This document shows, one piece after another, positions 22,340 through 33,317 of a stretch of DNA of 64,000 nucleotides. The notes under the pieces are model-generated. The model saw only the letters and a list, made by a program, of their open reading frames with translations. It made no database searches and was not told the origin of the DNA. The stretch is from Diplonema japonicum (Eukaryota; Protista; Euglenozoa: Diplonemea). The stretch is taken from positions 547,608 to 611,607 of the forward strand of contig OZ025679.1 of the NCBI GenBank assembly GCA_964019335.1. Direction: 5' to 3'. The translations under genes were made by a program, and so were the position numbers. Position 1 is the stretch's first letter, and each line of letters starts with the position of its first letter.

Positions 22340-23254
22340 ATGAACGGCAACGTACCCCGAAGCATGGTGTTGGCGCAGTACGAGGCTGGGATGAAGAGCT
22401 ACGACGATGGGCAGTACGAGGAGGCACTGTTCCGCTTGGAGCAGGCGTCGAAGCTGTTTGGGAACTGCAATGAGGAGAGCGCAGAGATGCTGAGCGAAAT
22501 CCTTCTCGGGCTGGGTGCGTGCCAGCAGCAGCTAAGGAACACAGATGCTGCCATGCAGTACTACGAGGCGTGTTTGGAGGCCGTGCAAGCAGACGAACAG
22601 CAGCAGGCTCTCGTGTCTCCCCTCATCAATCTCGGGCTGCTGTACTTCAAGGAGGGCGACAGTGTGAAGGCCATGCAGCGCTACAAGCGTGCACAAAAGA
22701 TTATAGAGTCGCACTACTGCACCGACCGCATGGTGTGCGCAGATCTTTACCACAACATAGCAGCAGTGCACGACGCAGATAACGACCTACAGAAGGCACT
22801 CCAGTACTACACAAAGTCACTGAGGATACGAGAGAAGTTCGACGAGTGCCGTGAGCAGCAAGTGCAGCTGGCGCTCACAAAGGAGAACGTAGCCTTGATA
22901 TGGCGCGACCAAGACAATCAGGTAGAGGCTATCCGGCTCATGAATACCATTCTCCCCATCAGAAAGAAGTACTGCGGCCCCTCCAGCCCCGAGTACGGCA
23001 ACGCGTTGTTCAACCTCGGGCTGCTGCACTTCGACATGGGGCGCGTCAATAGCTCCCTCACTTACTTCGAAAAATGCCACGCTGTACGCATGGCTATCCT
23101 GGGCCCAGCTTCCAACTACACCATCCTCTGCGATAAATACATTGCAGTACTTCGAAGCAAGACGAGCTCCGCCAGCAAATCCCGTCCCGGTGGCTTCTCC
23201 TCCCTGCCCCTCACCCCTGATGAAAGGCATGCGTCTTACGCTTCAAGCAGATAG
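22340..23254 (+). CDS. Tetratricopeptide-repeat protein (kinesin-light-chain-type TPRs)
   Basis: Start gcag-GAAG-ATG; repeated LINLGLLYFKEGD / YHNIAAVH..ALQYYTKSLRIRE / LFNLGLLHFDMG motifs. Confidence 0.85.
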   Translation: MNGNVPRSMVLAQYEAGMKSYDDGQYEEALFRLEQASKLFGNCNEESAEMLSEILLGLGACQQQLRNTDAAMQYYEACLEAVQADEQQQALVSPLINLGLLYFKEGDSVKAMQRYKRAQKIIESHYCTDRMVCADLYHNIAAVHDADNDLQKALQYYTKSLRIREKFDECREQQVQLALTKENVALIWRDQDNQVEAIRLMNTILPIRKKYCGPSSPEYGNALFNLGLLHFDMGRVNSSLTYFEKCHAVRMAILGPASNYTILCDKYIAVLRSKTSSASKSRPGGFSSLPLTPDERHASYASSR

Positions 23255-23362
23255 AGCCGTCCACTAGAACGATTATTGAGTAACAAGGATGATTAGATAC
23301 ATACTGGTTTATAGATAGTTTCCTTTGAAATCGTAAACACTACACACGCCCACAGGAATGGC

Positions 23363-23863
23363 ATGGAGTACAATGAGCTCACAGACCTGGTTAACGAGAC
23401 GCTGTCCGAGGCCAGGTTGCTGCAAGCAAAGGCAACTGTTCTGAGTCGTGTGAATGAGAAACGGGAGCCAAGGTACAACAACGAGCTCACGCTAGGTGAC
23501 CAGCTTGCGCACTTCTACGACACGCTGCGGAACACGCCATGGAACGCATATGGGGTGAGCCACGTGCTGCCCTTTTCGACGTCCCTCACGGGGGGGTCCA
23601 GGGCGCCTAGCAAGGACACGATACTACAGTCAGCTCTCGAGAAGCGTAAACTTGGTATTTGGAACCGCACAAGGCCAGTTGTGTCCACTCGATGGAAGGC
23701 ACATGGCCGTAAGTGTCCGCCCCCTTTGCCTTTCCTCCCACGCCCCGTCGTCATTAGAGTGACGCAAGTGAACCCTGACCCCTTGGCACTCCCGCGTTTG
23801 AAACAAGGAAAGAAAGCAGGCCTCTTCACACCAGCACCTCCTGTAAAGCTCCCTGAGCTTTAG
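23363..23863 (+). CDS. Hypothetical protein (166 aa)
   Basis: ORF with coding composition after a cacag acceptor; no recognisable domain. Confidence 0.55.
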   Translation: MEYNELTDLVNETLSEARLLQAKATVLSRVNEKREPRYNNELTLGDQLAHFYDTLRNTPWNAYGVSHVLPFSTSLTGGSRAPSKDTILQSALEKRKLGIWNRTRPVVSTRWKAHGRKCPPPLPFLPRPVVIRVTQVNPDPLALPRLKQGKKAGLFTPAPPVKLPEL

Positions 23864-23938
23864 ACTTTACTTTTCCAAGTAGACTTTGCCCAGTAAGCTT
23901 ACAGTCGACATTGCTGCATCAATGGCAACACAGTGAAA

Positions 23939-24244
23939 ATGCTACGAAGGTGCGTCGCTGCACTAGAAGGGCAGCCCGTAGTGCGAAAGGAGACGTTCTC
24001 TGTTGCTCCGAAGGCAGCTGCTGAGAGGTACCAAGTGAGAAAAGAAGCGAAAGTCTTGTCAAGCACTGTGGTGCGCAAGAAGGATGAGAACAGAGAGAGA
24101 CGAGAGAGGGCCTTTGGAGTCCAAGAAACGAGCGAGTATCTGATTCTGGGTGCGGGTGCTGGGATAATAGCATTATTCATGATGTATGGCCCCTCCGAGA
24201 TCCGTGCATGGCTTGACGCTCGGGAACGTTCTCGGTTTCAGTAA
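23939..24244 (+). CDS. Small probable mitochondrial single-TM protein
   Basis: MLRR presequence; TM YLILGAGAGIIALFMMY. Confidence 0.6.
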   Translation: MLRRCVAALEGQPVVRKETFSVAPKAAAERYQVRKEAKVLSSTVVRKKDENRERRERAFGVQETSEYLILGAGAGIIALFMMYGPSEIRAWLDARERSRFQ

Positions 24245-24281
24245 GTGTTTTCAAGAATACTTCAGGTTAGACATCACAGTC

Positions 24282-25114
24282 ATGAATACGAATAGAATAA
24301 AATGTCGGATCTTGTCAGTAAGACGAAAGTGCATCAAGTGGTCAAGCAGCAAGGCCGATGAGATAGCTCGAAACATAGAGCAGAGGATTGCAGAGGCTGT
24401 TAACAAAGAAAAGGTTCAGGAATATGTGGAAAGAGATATTGTGAAGGCAGGCGATACTGAGGCAGAGACAACGCAAGAAAGAGCAGGAGGGATCGCAAGC
24501 ATGAAAGGCAATGAGGTGGCTTCTAGAAAGGTACATGAAAGGTTACAGGGGCAGAGAGCAGAACATGTTGCTGCGTGGTACAAAGAGAAGAAGCGGACAG
24601 GTGGCGACCTGTCAACGGTAATCAGGATGAAGGGCGGCATGGCCGATACATACCTCGAAGCAGGTGATGGCAAGAAGACTACTACTGACGCGTTATGGAT
24701 GCTGTACCACATCGTTCTGCTGGCATCCCTTCTGCTACTGATGTACAAGATGCGCTTTCATTCCGGTAAGCGGTACTTCCACGAGAACCTGGAGTACGAA
24801 AGGGTATGTTCAGCACACAACAGCACCGCTACAGGAGTGCATTGAAGATGAATGCATGGAGCACACTGATAAAACACTTGAAGAGAGCATGCTTAAGAAA
24901 TATGGATGGTACTTCAGATGGAAGTCCACCATCGGTGAGCGGAGGAGAGACGAACGAATGGAGGTCGAACTGGGCCGAGCGAGATCATCGTTACCCGATC
25001 ATGCAGGTGTGCTAAATGGTCAGTTTTTACGCCAATACAGAACTTTGGGAGGCGAACAAATTCAACGTTTACTGGTTTGGGGACACTGTCCGAGACATGT
25101 TCACATGGTCGTAA
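24282..25114 (+). CDS. Probable mitochondrial single-TM protein; 2 introns
   Basis: Basic N-terminus and TM LWMLYHIVLLASLLLLMY. Introns 24804-24834 and 25007-25040 give ...WFGDTVRDMFTWS*. Confidence 0.6.
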
Positions 25115-25172
25115 GCCATGGTGTAGTAATTACTGTTTCTCTTTCTTGTCTTTTAATATTTTCACCATAGTT

Positions 25173-27409
25173 ATGGGTGCAGGATGTTCAGGTGGCTCAT
25201 CGCCGGGAAGTCCGCACAAGACAGAAGTGCAGCTTCCTGCTGCACAGTTGGAAAGGAAGGAAAGGAAGAAGCGGATAGCTGAGTACCGAGAATGTGTATT
25301 TGCTGAGTCAGACTTTGAGATGCGGCAGCAGGAGGCTTGGAACGACAGAGGGCTTCAGGCCGTGATCAAGTTCTGCGAAGATCTACCGATAGGTGTTGTG
25401 ATGTACACCGAAGGGGGTCTCATGGGGTTTATCAACTACCAGACTCTGGAGCTGTCAGGGCACACGCGGGACACGATACGGTCGGGCAACCACCTCAGCA
25501 AGCTTCTCACCACCGACGAGGAAATCGAGCTAGACGAGCTATGCTACAAGGAGGTCTACTCAGCGCATCTGAAGTGCAGGTCTGGTGAGAGTCTTCCTGT
25601 CTCGCTGTACACTGTTGCGCTATATGTGGACCCGGATGTCCGCAGAAGGCGCCATAAGAAAAAGGATGACGAAGACTCCATAGACGAGATCTTCTCTGCC
25701 TACCCACCGTCGCCTGTCTTCAGCGCACGGGAAGGCAGGGGCGTCAACAATATAAGTGGGGAGAACGATGCCGACGATGCGCCACTCGTGATGGTGTCCT
25801 TCATCAGCGCGAATGGGAAAGACAAGAAAACCGTCTTCCACATGAAAAGCGTGTCGCGCATGTTCGAATCGTTGAATCTCACTACCGACCTCCTCGAGAG
25901 GAACATCCCCGAAGCAGAGGACGACCTCGCCAGCACTACTTCGCTATCAGCTTCAGTGAAGACGTCGCTGTTGTCGTCGTCCCCGCAGACGTCACCCGCT
26001 GACCAGGTGTTGGCACCAAAGGTTCCATTACGGAGACTCACACTTCACCAAAGCAATAAGAGGGAAAAGCGACCGTCTGTGAGTTCCCATACAGGATCGT
26101 CTCGAGGGGGCTCTCCGCGTACATCGATTTGCGGAAAAGACGCTGTATTCGCGGCAATGACACAGGGCGACGTCATAATGACGATCGACTACAAGAAAGG
26201 TACGATCCTGTCTGCCTCTCCTGCTGTGCAAGTGCTCTTCGGCATGGACGAGATGGAGTTGGTGGACAAGCCTTATGTCCAGTTTCTCCACACGTGCGAG
26301 TGCATGGGCGATGAGGACACCCTCACCAAGCTGGTCCTGTCGGACATCGCGTACCCTCTGGACCAGCGATTGTATGTGGTCGTCGATCAGAGCACAAAAG
26401 AGCCTGCCGTGGTGCACATCGCCAGTGTGCTGCAAGTACCGAACTCCTCTACTGCCATTATCAGATTCGCAGGTGAGAAGAAAGCCTCTAGGCAGAGTGT
26501 CATCAGATTCCAGCGCTTCTCTGGTCTGCCCGACGAATTTGGGACTATTATAGACAGCATCTCAGTATGTACCACAGCCCATCACCTTATGCACCACAGG
26601 ACGCCACTCTCATCACAAGCTCCACAGGTACCATAGTGCATCACAACATGATGTTCGGCCTTCTCTTCGACTGCGATATTGACTCTGTTGCGGGGAAGGA
26701 CGTGTCCATGTTCATCCCGCCCGCTCTCCAGAGGCCGCATCAGGAGTATGTCAGGAGGTTTTCGATGGCTTCGAGTAAAGGTCTGCGAAAGAACATGCGC
26801 CGCCACCGTGCAGTAGTGGGGTGGACCATGAAGGAGCAACCCGTGGCCGTGGACATGACTATCTCTGAGATAAGCTTTTCTGTGGATAAGGTGTACTACA
26901 TGGTCTCGGTGCGGAAGCTCATGAACCAAGAGATGCTGGCAAGGTATCACTTGAATGTGTCGAGCACCTTGGCGGCTGTGGGGTTGGAGTTGCCTGAGCC
27001 GGGGGTCAGCCCCATGGACACAAGCCAGAGCACGTGCAGTTTCAACAGCAGAACTAACACACCACAAAGCACGCCCAACCAGCTGCCTCTTTCTGGTGGC
27101 AACGTGCCTCCGTTGTTGCCCGTCGATGGGGTTCCTCCTGCTAAGTCGCCTTTGAAAGTGCCTGCCAGGCCTGAGGTATGCTGAGTGTCAAACGCTACGT
27201 GCACAGATCACGGATCCTGTGAAGGAGCTGCGGCAGCTGGCGGAGGAGGTAGGCGCGAAGTTTTCTGACGGATCGGTATGCAGCCAGCACTACAACACAC
27301 CACACAGCCGAGCCCGCTGCACTCGCAGATGATAAACAGCCCTGCTCCGTATGGAGCCAAGAAGAACGTCCTGCCTCCCATCACCAGGGACGCCGAGTCA
27401 GCAATTTAA
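25173..27409 (+). CDS. N-acylated multi-PAS-domain protein; 3 introns
   Basis: Starts MGAGCS (myristoylation/palmitoylation-type). PAS segments LPIGVVMYTEGGLMGFIN, DVIMTIDYKKGTILSASPAVQVLFG and IIDSISDATLITSSTGTIVHHN...GKDVSMFIP..HQEYVRRF. Introns 26565-26599, 27176-27206 and 27276-27307. Confidence 0.8.
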
Positions 27410-28391
27410 CAACCTAGCCTCGTGAGGCCACTGCAGCAGGTGTGAAGACATGTGCTGCTGCTATCTATTTGCCCCCAAGGGTGGCATATCGCTCCATTTA
27501 AACCTACTCGATGAAAGAGAGGGAGAAAAGAAAAAGAAAAGAAAAAGAGAAAAAGAAAATAGTACGTCAAGGAAGTCGAGCTCTTTTTGGCTCGTCTTCT
27601 GAAACATCTTTTGGTGAGTCTACTTACTGTTTAACGTGTCTAGTCCCAGCTGGCTCAGTATGCAGCAGGTGGCAGACGACGGACAGTAGCGGGTTCAGCA
27701 TCCTGTGGTATCACGCTGCAGGCTACCCTATTTCTTCTATTTCGTTCCACTTAAACAAGAACGAAACCATGATATTTCGCTCTACACGAAGAGAAAAGGA
27801 GAATAACGAAAACAAGAAAGGTCTAAAAGGGAGAAGATCAACGGAGGAGTGAAACAGAAAAGAAGTTTTTTAAAAAAAAAGGGTATGAGCTCGTTCGGGA
27901 AGAAATGTCCACAAATGACCCCCGTTAAATTTCTAAGTAGAAAAGTAGTCCAACACCACTTTGTGTGCAGAATTGCGGTCTAGGCTTGATCACCATATAG
28001 GTCAGAAAGCTCGCTGTTTGTTTTATTTTCAAAACGCGCGTGCAAAAGGTTTTTTGGAGTGGTTTCTTTTTTGGTTTTTGGCGTTTGGAAATTACAAATA
28101 ACCCAGACTTCATTTTTTATTTATTAAGGACACGACACGGAACGCAGAAGAAGCTACAGCTCGGCCGAGGTGCGCCCTGTAATCAAGTAGTTAGTTCGTG
28201 CTTCGTTGCACGCTTAACACCACTTAGTGTTGCAATCAAAGCCCCATTTTATTTTCGTTTTTCCGTGAAACCCGATAGGAAGAATCGACGCAGATTGAAA
28301 ATCTGTGAAACCTCACCATAAAATTGGGGTGGGGAAAATACTGCCTTAAACATGGCCTATTTTAGGCTAAAATCCCTTAAAACTCCCTTAA

Positions 28392-29990
28392 CCATCTACC
28401 AACGAGCGTCTTAAGGGCTTATAAGGGCTTTCAATGCAATACAGCCCGGACACTTCTCGCATCCGGGGTCCTGCGCGGAAAATATGAAAGATATAAACTA
28501 AATGCTGCCCTAACTTTGCAAGAAAATGAAAAAATAAAAAAAAACGCCAGCCCAAATTTACCCTTAAAAATCACTTCAAAAAAGGGCACCCAGAAAGAGG
28601 CCGGAAGAGGACATTATGAGTGATGGTAGCACTGATGGCTCATCCCTATTGTGCAATTTTGATACGAACAGTGATTCTGATTCGAATTCGACCGATTCCG
28701 AGTCACAGCAGGGTGATTGGACGGCAAAGCCGGAGCAGGTGGAAGGCATCCGGTTTCGTGAAGATCGCCATACCATATATTCTCCCAAATGCTCGTCCCA
28801 AACGTTATTCGGGTCATAACTTCGAACAATGTGGCAAATGCGGCTAAAAAAGGTGTTTCCCTGGATCTCGATGCTGCTTCTCTGCATACCTTCCTAGGTG
28901 CCCTTTTGTCGATGGACTTGGATATCAAGCCAGATTATTCTGACTACTGGCGCACTGGCTCCACGCCTCTCAACCACACCCCTGGGTACGCCACCGTCAT
29001 GTCAAGAGACCGCTTTTTGACTATTCTGGGAAATCTGTGTTACCACAGCGAAACAAACAAGCGTGCTGACTTCTACCTATCGCGAAGGCCTCCTGGAGAT
29101 CACGGATGCCCCAAAGAAGCGAGGCCGCAAGCCCAAGGACCCAGTTCCACCAGCACGTGAGCATCCTTTGCACCACAACGTGGCATGCCATCAAGCCTGT
29201 GCGCTTTCTGTCGACGTTGGATGTTCTGGTGAAGTCAGATTTGGCGTGTCGGCCAAAAGAGAATGAAAGCCGGAGGCCCTCCAGAAAGGACCCCCCGCTC
29301 CCCACCAAGTGCATATTTACAACACCGCAATGGGCGGAACCGACGCTGGGTGATGCTGTGACAAAACGCCATAAACGCACCCTTATGACTTCGAAGTGGC
29401 CCTGAAAGTATTTTCGTACTTGTTAGATAAATCTCTGGCAAATGCCCGGCTTGTTTGGAAAGAAGCATTGCCCCCCAACACCCTGAGAGTGAACGACAGT
29501 GGATTCACGCCTTTCAAAGAGGCAGTCATCGAAGGGCTACTAGGGAGGCTGCCCAAACAACAGCTAAAGTCAACTACAGAGCAGGCTGCCCCAATACCAT
29601 GCCCCGAAACACAGAACGAGTGCCCTGAGGCCCCAATGCGACACGACAGTACCTTCTGGGACCATTTCCCCGCAACGTGCGGTGCAAGCATTGCAAGTCG
29701 AAAAGACCCCTATTTCAGTGTTCAGCCTGCTTGGTACAACTTTGCGTGACTCCGGGCTTCAAAGACTACCACCTTGCCGGGGATACCCCCCAGAAACCCC
29801 TCTCGGGGTCAAAAAAAGAAGTCCCCCAGCCCTGGGGCACGTACGAACCGCGTCAAGAAGCCCTTAAATAGCTTTTTATAGAATTTTACAGTCGGTTTTT
29901 TTGACTTGTTTTTTGTACCCCTCTCGAGCACTTCGGGAACGATATTTTTGAAATGTTGTGGGGGTGGGCCCATGGTCCGTTGGTAGATGG
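28392..29990 (+). mobile_element. Internally deleted, degenerate piggyBac-family DNA transposon (1599 bp)
   Basis: TTAA at 28388-28391 and 29991-29994. Perfect 13-bp TIR CCATCTACCAACG. Subterminal inverted repeat TTAAGGGCTT (28411) / AAGCCCTTAA (29858). Confidence 0.9.
28616..29868 (+). pseudogene. piggyBac transposase remnant (frameshifted, central catalytic region missing)
   Basis: Acidic N-terminus; FLGALLSM...SDYW...VMSRDRFLTILGNL; SKW..KVFSYLLDKSLANA; C-terminal Cys-rich RCKHC...FQCSACLVQLC...FKDYH. These pieces lie in different frames. Confidence 0.85.
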
Positions 29991-31543
29991 TTAAAAAACA
30001 AACTTTTCAATTTTTAAGTTTTATGAGTGCAAAAAAGAGTCGATTGATTGTTGTTTGTGCACAGCCTATACCAATGTCGCAGCTCTGCATGAGCAGGCAA
30101 GTGTTAAGAATTGGTTTTTCTGAAAAAGGCCATGTTAGGCCAAATCCCTTAGGAAGGACATTCCGGACGAGCTCATATAAAAATATTTCTTGGCCCTCCT
30201 ACTGGATTTCTTCTATTCTTTGTTTTTCTCTGTTTCTTTTCTATCAGTTCAGGTTGCAAAAAAAAAAAAAAAAAGAAAAAAAAAAAAAAAACGGAATAAT
30301 TTTAAAAAGAAAAAGGAAACCAAACAAGAATACAGCCTCTTCGACCCAGTCCCCTTCCCCTGTTTTTTTTTTATGTTATTTATTTTACAAGCCTTTTGGT
30401 TTGCTACAAAGGAAAGAAGAAGAAAAGAAAAAAAAGGAAGAATTTAATTTTTTTTTTTTTTAACCGAAAGAACGGGAAAGAACGAAGCTACGGTTATGCC
30501 ACTAATGTTGGGGGAACAACAAGAGATTATTATTATAGTAGGTTGGGTGGGGAGTCTCTAGTATCCCCACAGCCACCTTCGAGGGTGGCAACATGCCTGT
30601 CATGCTATCCATCACCCAGGTCCTTCTAGTCGCCGTTTTCCCAAGTCCGCAACTTTTAGTATCCACTACATTGGCGCCACTTTTCTATCTTCTTTTACAA
30701 GTAAAAACAGGGCCTCTCCTACATGGTGCTTTGTCACTGTTCTTGCTTAGTAAGAGATTGATCTACAAAAAGTTTCCCCCCCCCCCCCCCCCCCCTCTTG
30801 TTTTCTTTTGTCTTCCTCTGATTCGTTTCCCTCCCTCCATACCCTCAAAACCCTTTCCCATCAGGTGTCTTCTGGTATGGTTTACATTTTTTTGTAAAAT
30901 TAAAAAAAAATAAAAATTGTTCCCTTTTGTCCTACAAAGGAAACTTCATTGTGGTCATGGCATACTTTGAATTCCTGCTGCCCTGCTGCGCCTTATGACT
31001 AAGCGTTGCGAGGCTAATTATCATACAGCCTGTCAAACAGCTTTAGCTCGTTTGCTTCGGTAAGTTAAAAGAAGAACAGAACACGAAGGTCAAAAAAGAA
31101 AATAAATTGAGAACTAGTTAGGCGCTCCATCTTCTATTGCGCTGCCAGCAGCTAGTATTTTTTTTTAGTCTATCAAAATAAATATAGAGGATAGAAACAA
31201 CAACCAACAATGGCAAAAAGAATAAAAAAATGAAAAGTAAAAGGAATACAACAAAATGCGCAACCCGAACAAAGAAACCAGGTTCGCATTTTCTTTTGCT
31301 ATTCCAAGAAGAGAAAAAAGAAAGAATGGAATAAGGAATGTTACACCTAACGAAAGGCTCTCAGAGGATATCCCGTGCACTCCCTTTCTAAGTTTCTCAC
31401 GGCTCGTGAGAGGAGCCCTTTTTGCACGCCATATCCTCTGTACGCCTTCGTGATCTGCAAGCCGCCCACCATCACCATGCGAGTCTACACGGCCAGTCAG
31501 CTCATTAAAAAACAAAGAATGAAATGAAAATGAAAAAGAAGAA

Positions 31544-31546
<3 letters not shown>

Positions 31547-31598
<52 letters not shown>
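31547..31598. repeat. (AT)n microsatellite, about 26 units
   Basis: Read directly from the sequence. Confidence 0.95.
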
Positions 31599-31600
<2 letters not shown>

Positions 31601-31669
31601 TACTGTAAAAAAGATAGTATCTGCTTGCAAGAACTTGTACCTTTTGACTTCGCATCACAGGTGCCATGC

Positions 31670-33262
31670 ATGACAGGGTCGGCCTTGAGTTTCGTCGCAC
31701 TTCATAGTGTCGTGGACACCGATGTGCTGGAGCTGCGCACGTTAGAAGCCAAGAGGCTGCGGAGTAATATAGCAAGGGAGCGTGACAAGGCGTTCGCCGC
31801 CATCAGCCAGCTTGATGTACCTCATGAAGAAGTCCTGTACTACAAGTGCATCTTCTCGCTCGCTACACCGCTGACGCTTAGCACCCTGCACTCCCTCAAC
31901 GCAGCGCTTTCCGCACTGCTCTCCAAAAGGAGAGCACTCACTGCCGCTGCAGCGCTATATATCTCCGCCAGAAGCTTCCTCCAGCAAGCGATTGACAGCC
32001 TTGTCAATCCCGTGTTCCCTCTTCAGCCAAACGCCAGCTTGTTCCGCACGTTAAAGTCTCGCACATGGCACGCCCTACGCCACTACCAATGTGCAGCCAC
32101 ATCTCTTTTGGAAGCACTTTTCTCCTGGCGCAGCTGCCTGACAAAAGATTACGACTTCATGTATAAGGGTGAGGCCTACCCCGCCACACTGCTATCCGAC
32201 GTTGCTGACGTGTTCCGCTCGCCTGTTACCTCGTATTTTCCATTAAAAAGGGAGCACCCATTGTTTTACAACATCTTCCCTGCTGACGCCCAACCTGAGG
32301 TGCCCGTGTGTGACCTCATCTTACGAGGGACCGTCAAGGTGCGGCGCCCTTTGGCGCACCTAAGGAACAAGAGCAAGAACAACGAGGTGTACGTAACATG
32401 GTTAGGCCACAAGAACGGAGATGCTGATAGTGTCTTCTGGTCGGAGCAGTATCTTCAGCAAGAGCCTTTACGCAGCCTGGGGACACTGTACGAAATCTAT
32501 GCCCTGTTCACGGTGGGGTACTTCCTGCCATGCATACGGTGGGACCTGCACCCGCTGCGGTTGGCCAAGGTGCCCCAGCACATGTTGCAGAAGCTGCGGG
32601 ACAACGCTTATCGCAAGCTGAAGAAAGCGGCAGGACCACCGAAGCTCACAAAACTGGAACGGCAGATCCTTCACAGCAAGGTGCAGGACAGGTGTGGCCC
32701 GTCGGTGCCTTTACAGGTGCTGCGCGACACGTCCTTCAAGGTCGCCTTGCTGGTGAGGCTTACTGTGAGGAGGCGGCTAGCGCCTTGCTGGGAGGCCTTG
32801 TGGCGAAAGAGGAGTGAGCGATGCAGGAAGCAACGCGTATTTGAGTGCTTGAAAAGCATCACAACACGGCGGGTTCTGTGCCTGTACAAGCAGAAGCTCA
32901 AACGTTATTCACAGCGCACTAACCTGGCCTTTGCCATCCGCGACATCGCCACAAGGATCCAAAATACGGTGACGCACACAATATTAAGGTATTACTTCCC
33001 GAAGCTGAGTAAGTATGCAGCACGTGCTGCTGAGGTCAGAAGGCAGACTGCTATTGGAGAGTTCCGTGCCCAACAGTACACTATAGCGCTGCGGAAGTGT
33101 TATTTCTCAAAGCTCAAAATGTGGGAGCCCCTCTCGAAGAACGTGAAGTACCTCAAGCGCGTCACGGAGATGGAGCTCGTCTACAAGTATTGGATGATCT
33201 TAGCATTGTGGCCTTCAAGTTACCAGTGTCTGCTGCAGAAGAGAACGAAAGAGAAGTTGTAA
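31670..33262 (+). CDS. Hypothetical basic helical protein
   Basis: Long ORF after the cacag acceptor at 31660; C-terminal imperfect repeats (LRYYFPKL, LRKCYFSKL, LVYKYWMIL). Confidence 0.65.
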   Translation: MTGSALSFVALHSVVDTDVLELRTLEAKRLRSNIARERDKAFAAISQLDVPHEEVLYYKCIFSLATPLTLSTLHSLNAALSALLSKRRALTAAAALYISARSFLQQAIDSLVNPVFPLQPNASLFRTLKSRTWHALRHYQCAATSLLEALFSWRSCLTKDYDFMYKGEAYPATLLSDVADVFRSPVTSYFPLKREHPLFYNIFPADAQPEVPVCDLILRGTVKVRRPLAHLRNKSKNNEVYVTWLGHKNGDADSVFWSEQYLQQEPLRSLGTLYEIYALFTVGYFLPCIRWDLHPLRLAKVPQHMLQKLRDNAYRKLKKAAGPPKLTKLERQILHSKVQDRCGPSVPLQVLRDTSFKVALLVRLTVRRRLAPCWEALWRKRSERCRKQRVFECLKSITTRRVLCLYKQKLKRYSQRTNLAFAIRDIATRIQNTVTHTILRYYFPKLSKYAARAAEVRRQTAIGEFRAQQYTIALRKCYFSKLKMWEPLSKNVKYLKRVTEMELVYKYWMILALWPSSYQCLLQKRTKEKL

Positions 33263-33317
33263 GTGTTAGTTTTGTCATTATTTCCCCCCTTATCTCATGT
33301 ACTACAACAGGAGGAAG

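Larger units (their letters stand above)
27886..30175. mobile_element. TA-flanked non-autonomous TIR element (MITE-like, ~690 bp without its insert) hosting a piggyBac insertion
   Basis: TA|TGAGCTCGTTCGG(GAAGA)AATGTCC at 27884-27910 is an imperfect inverted repeat of GGACATTCCGGACGAGCTCA|TA at 30156-30177. Confidence 0.55.

Noticed and set aside
5002-31660. Poly-F and poly-K ORFs in the spacers
   Set aside because: Products of T and A homopolymer runs.
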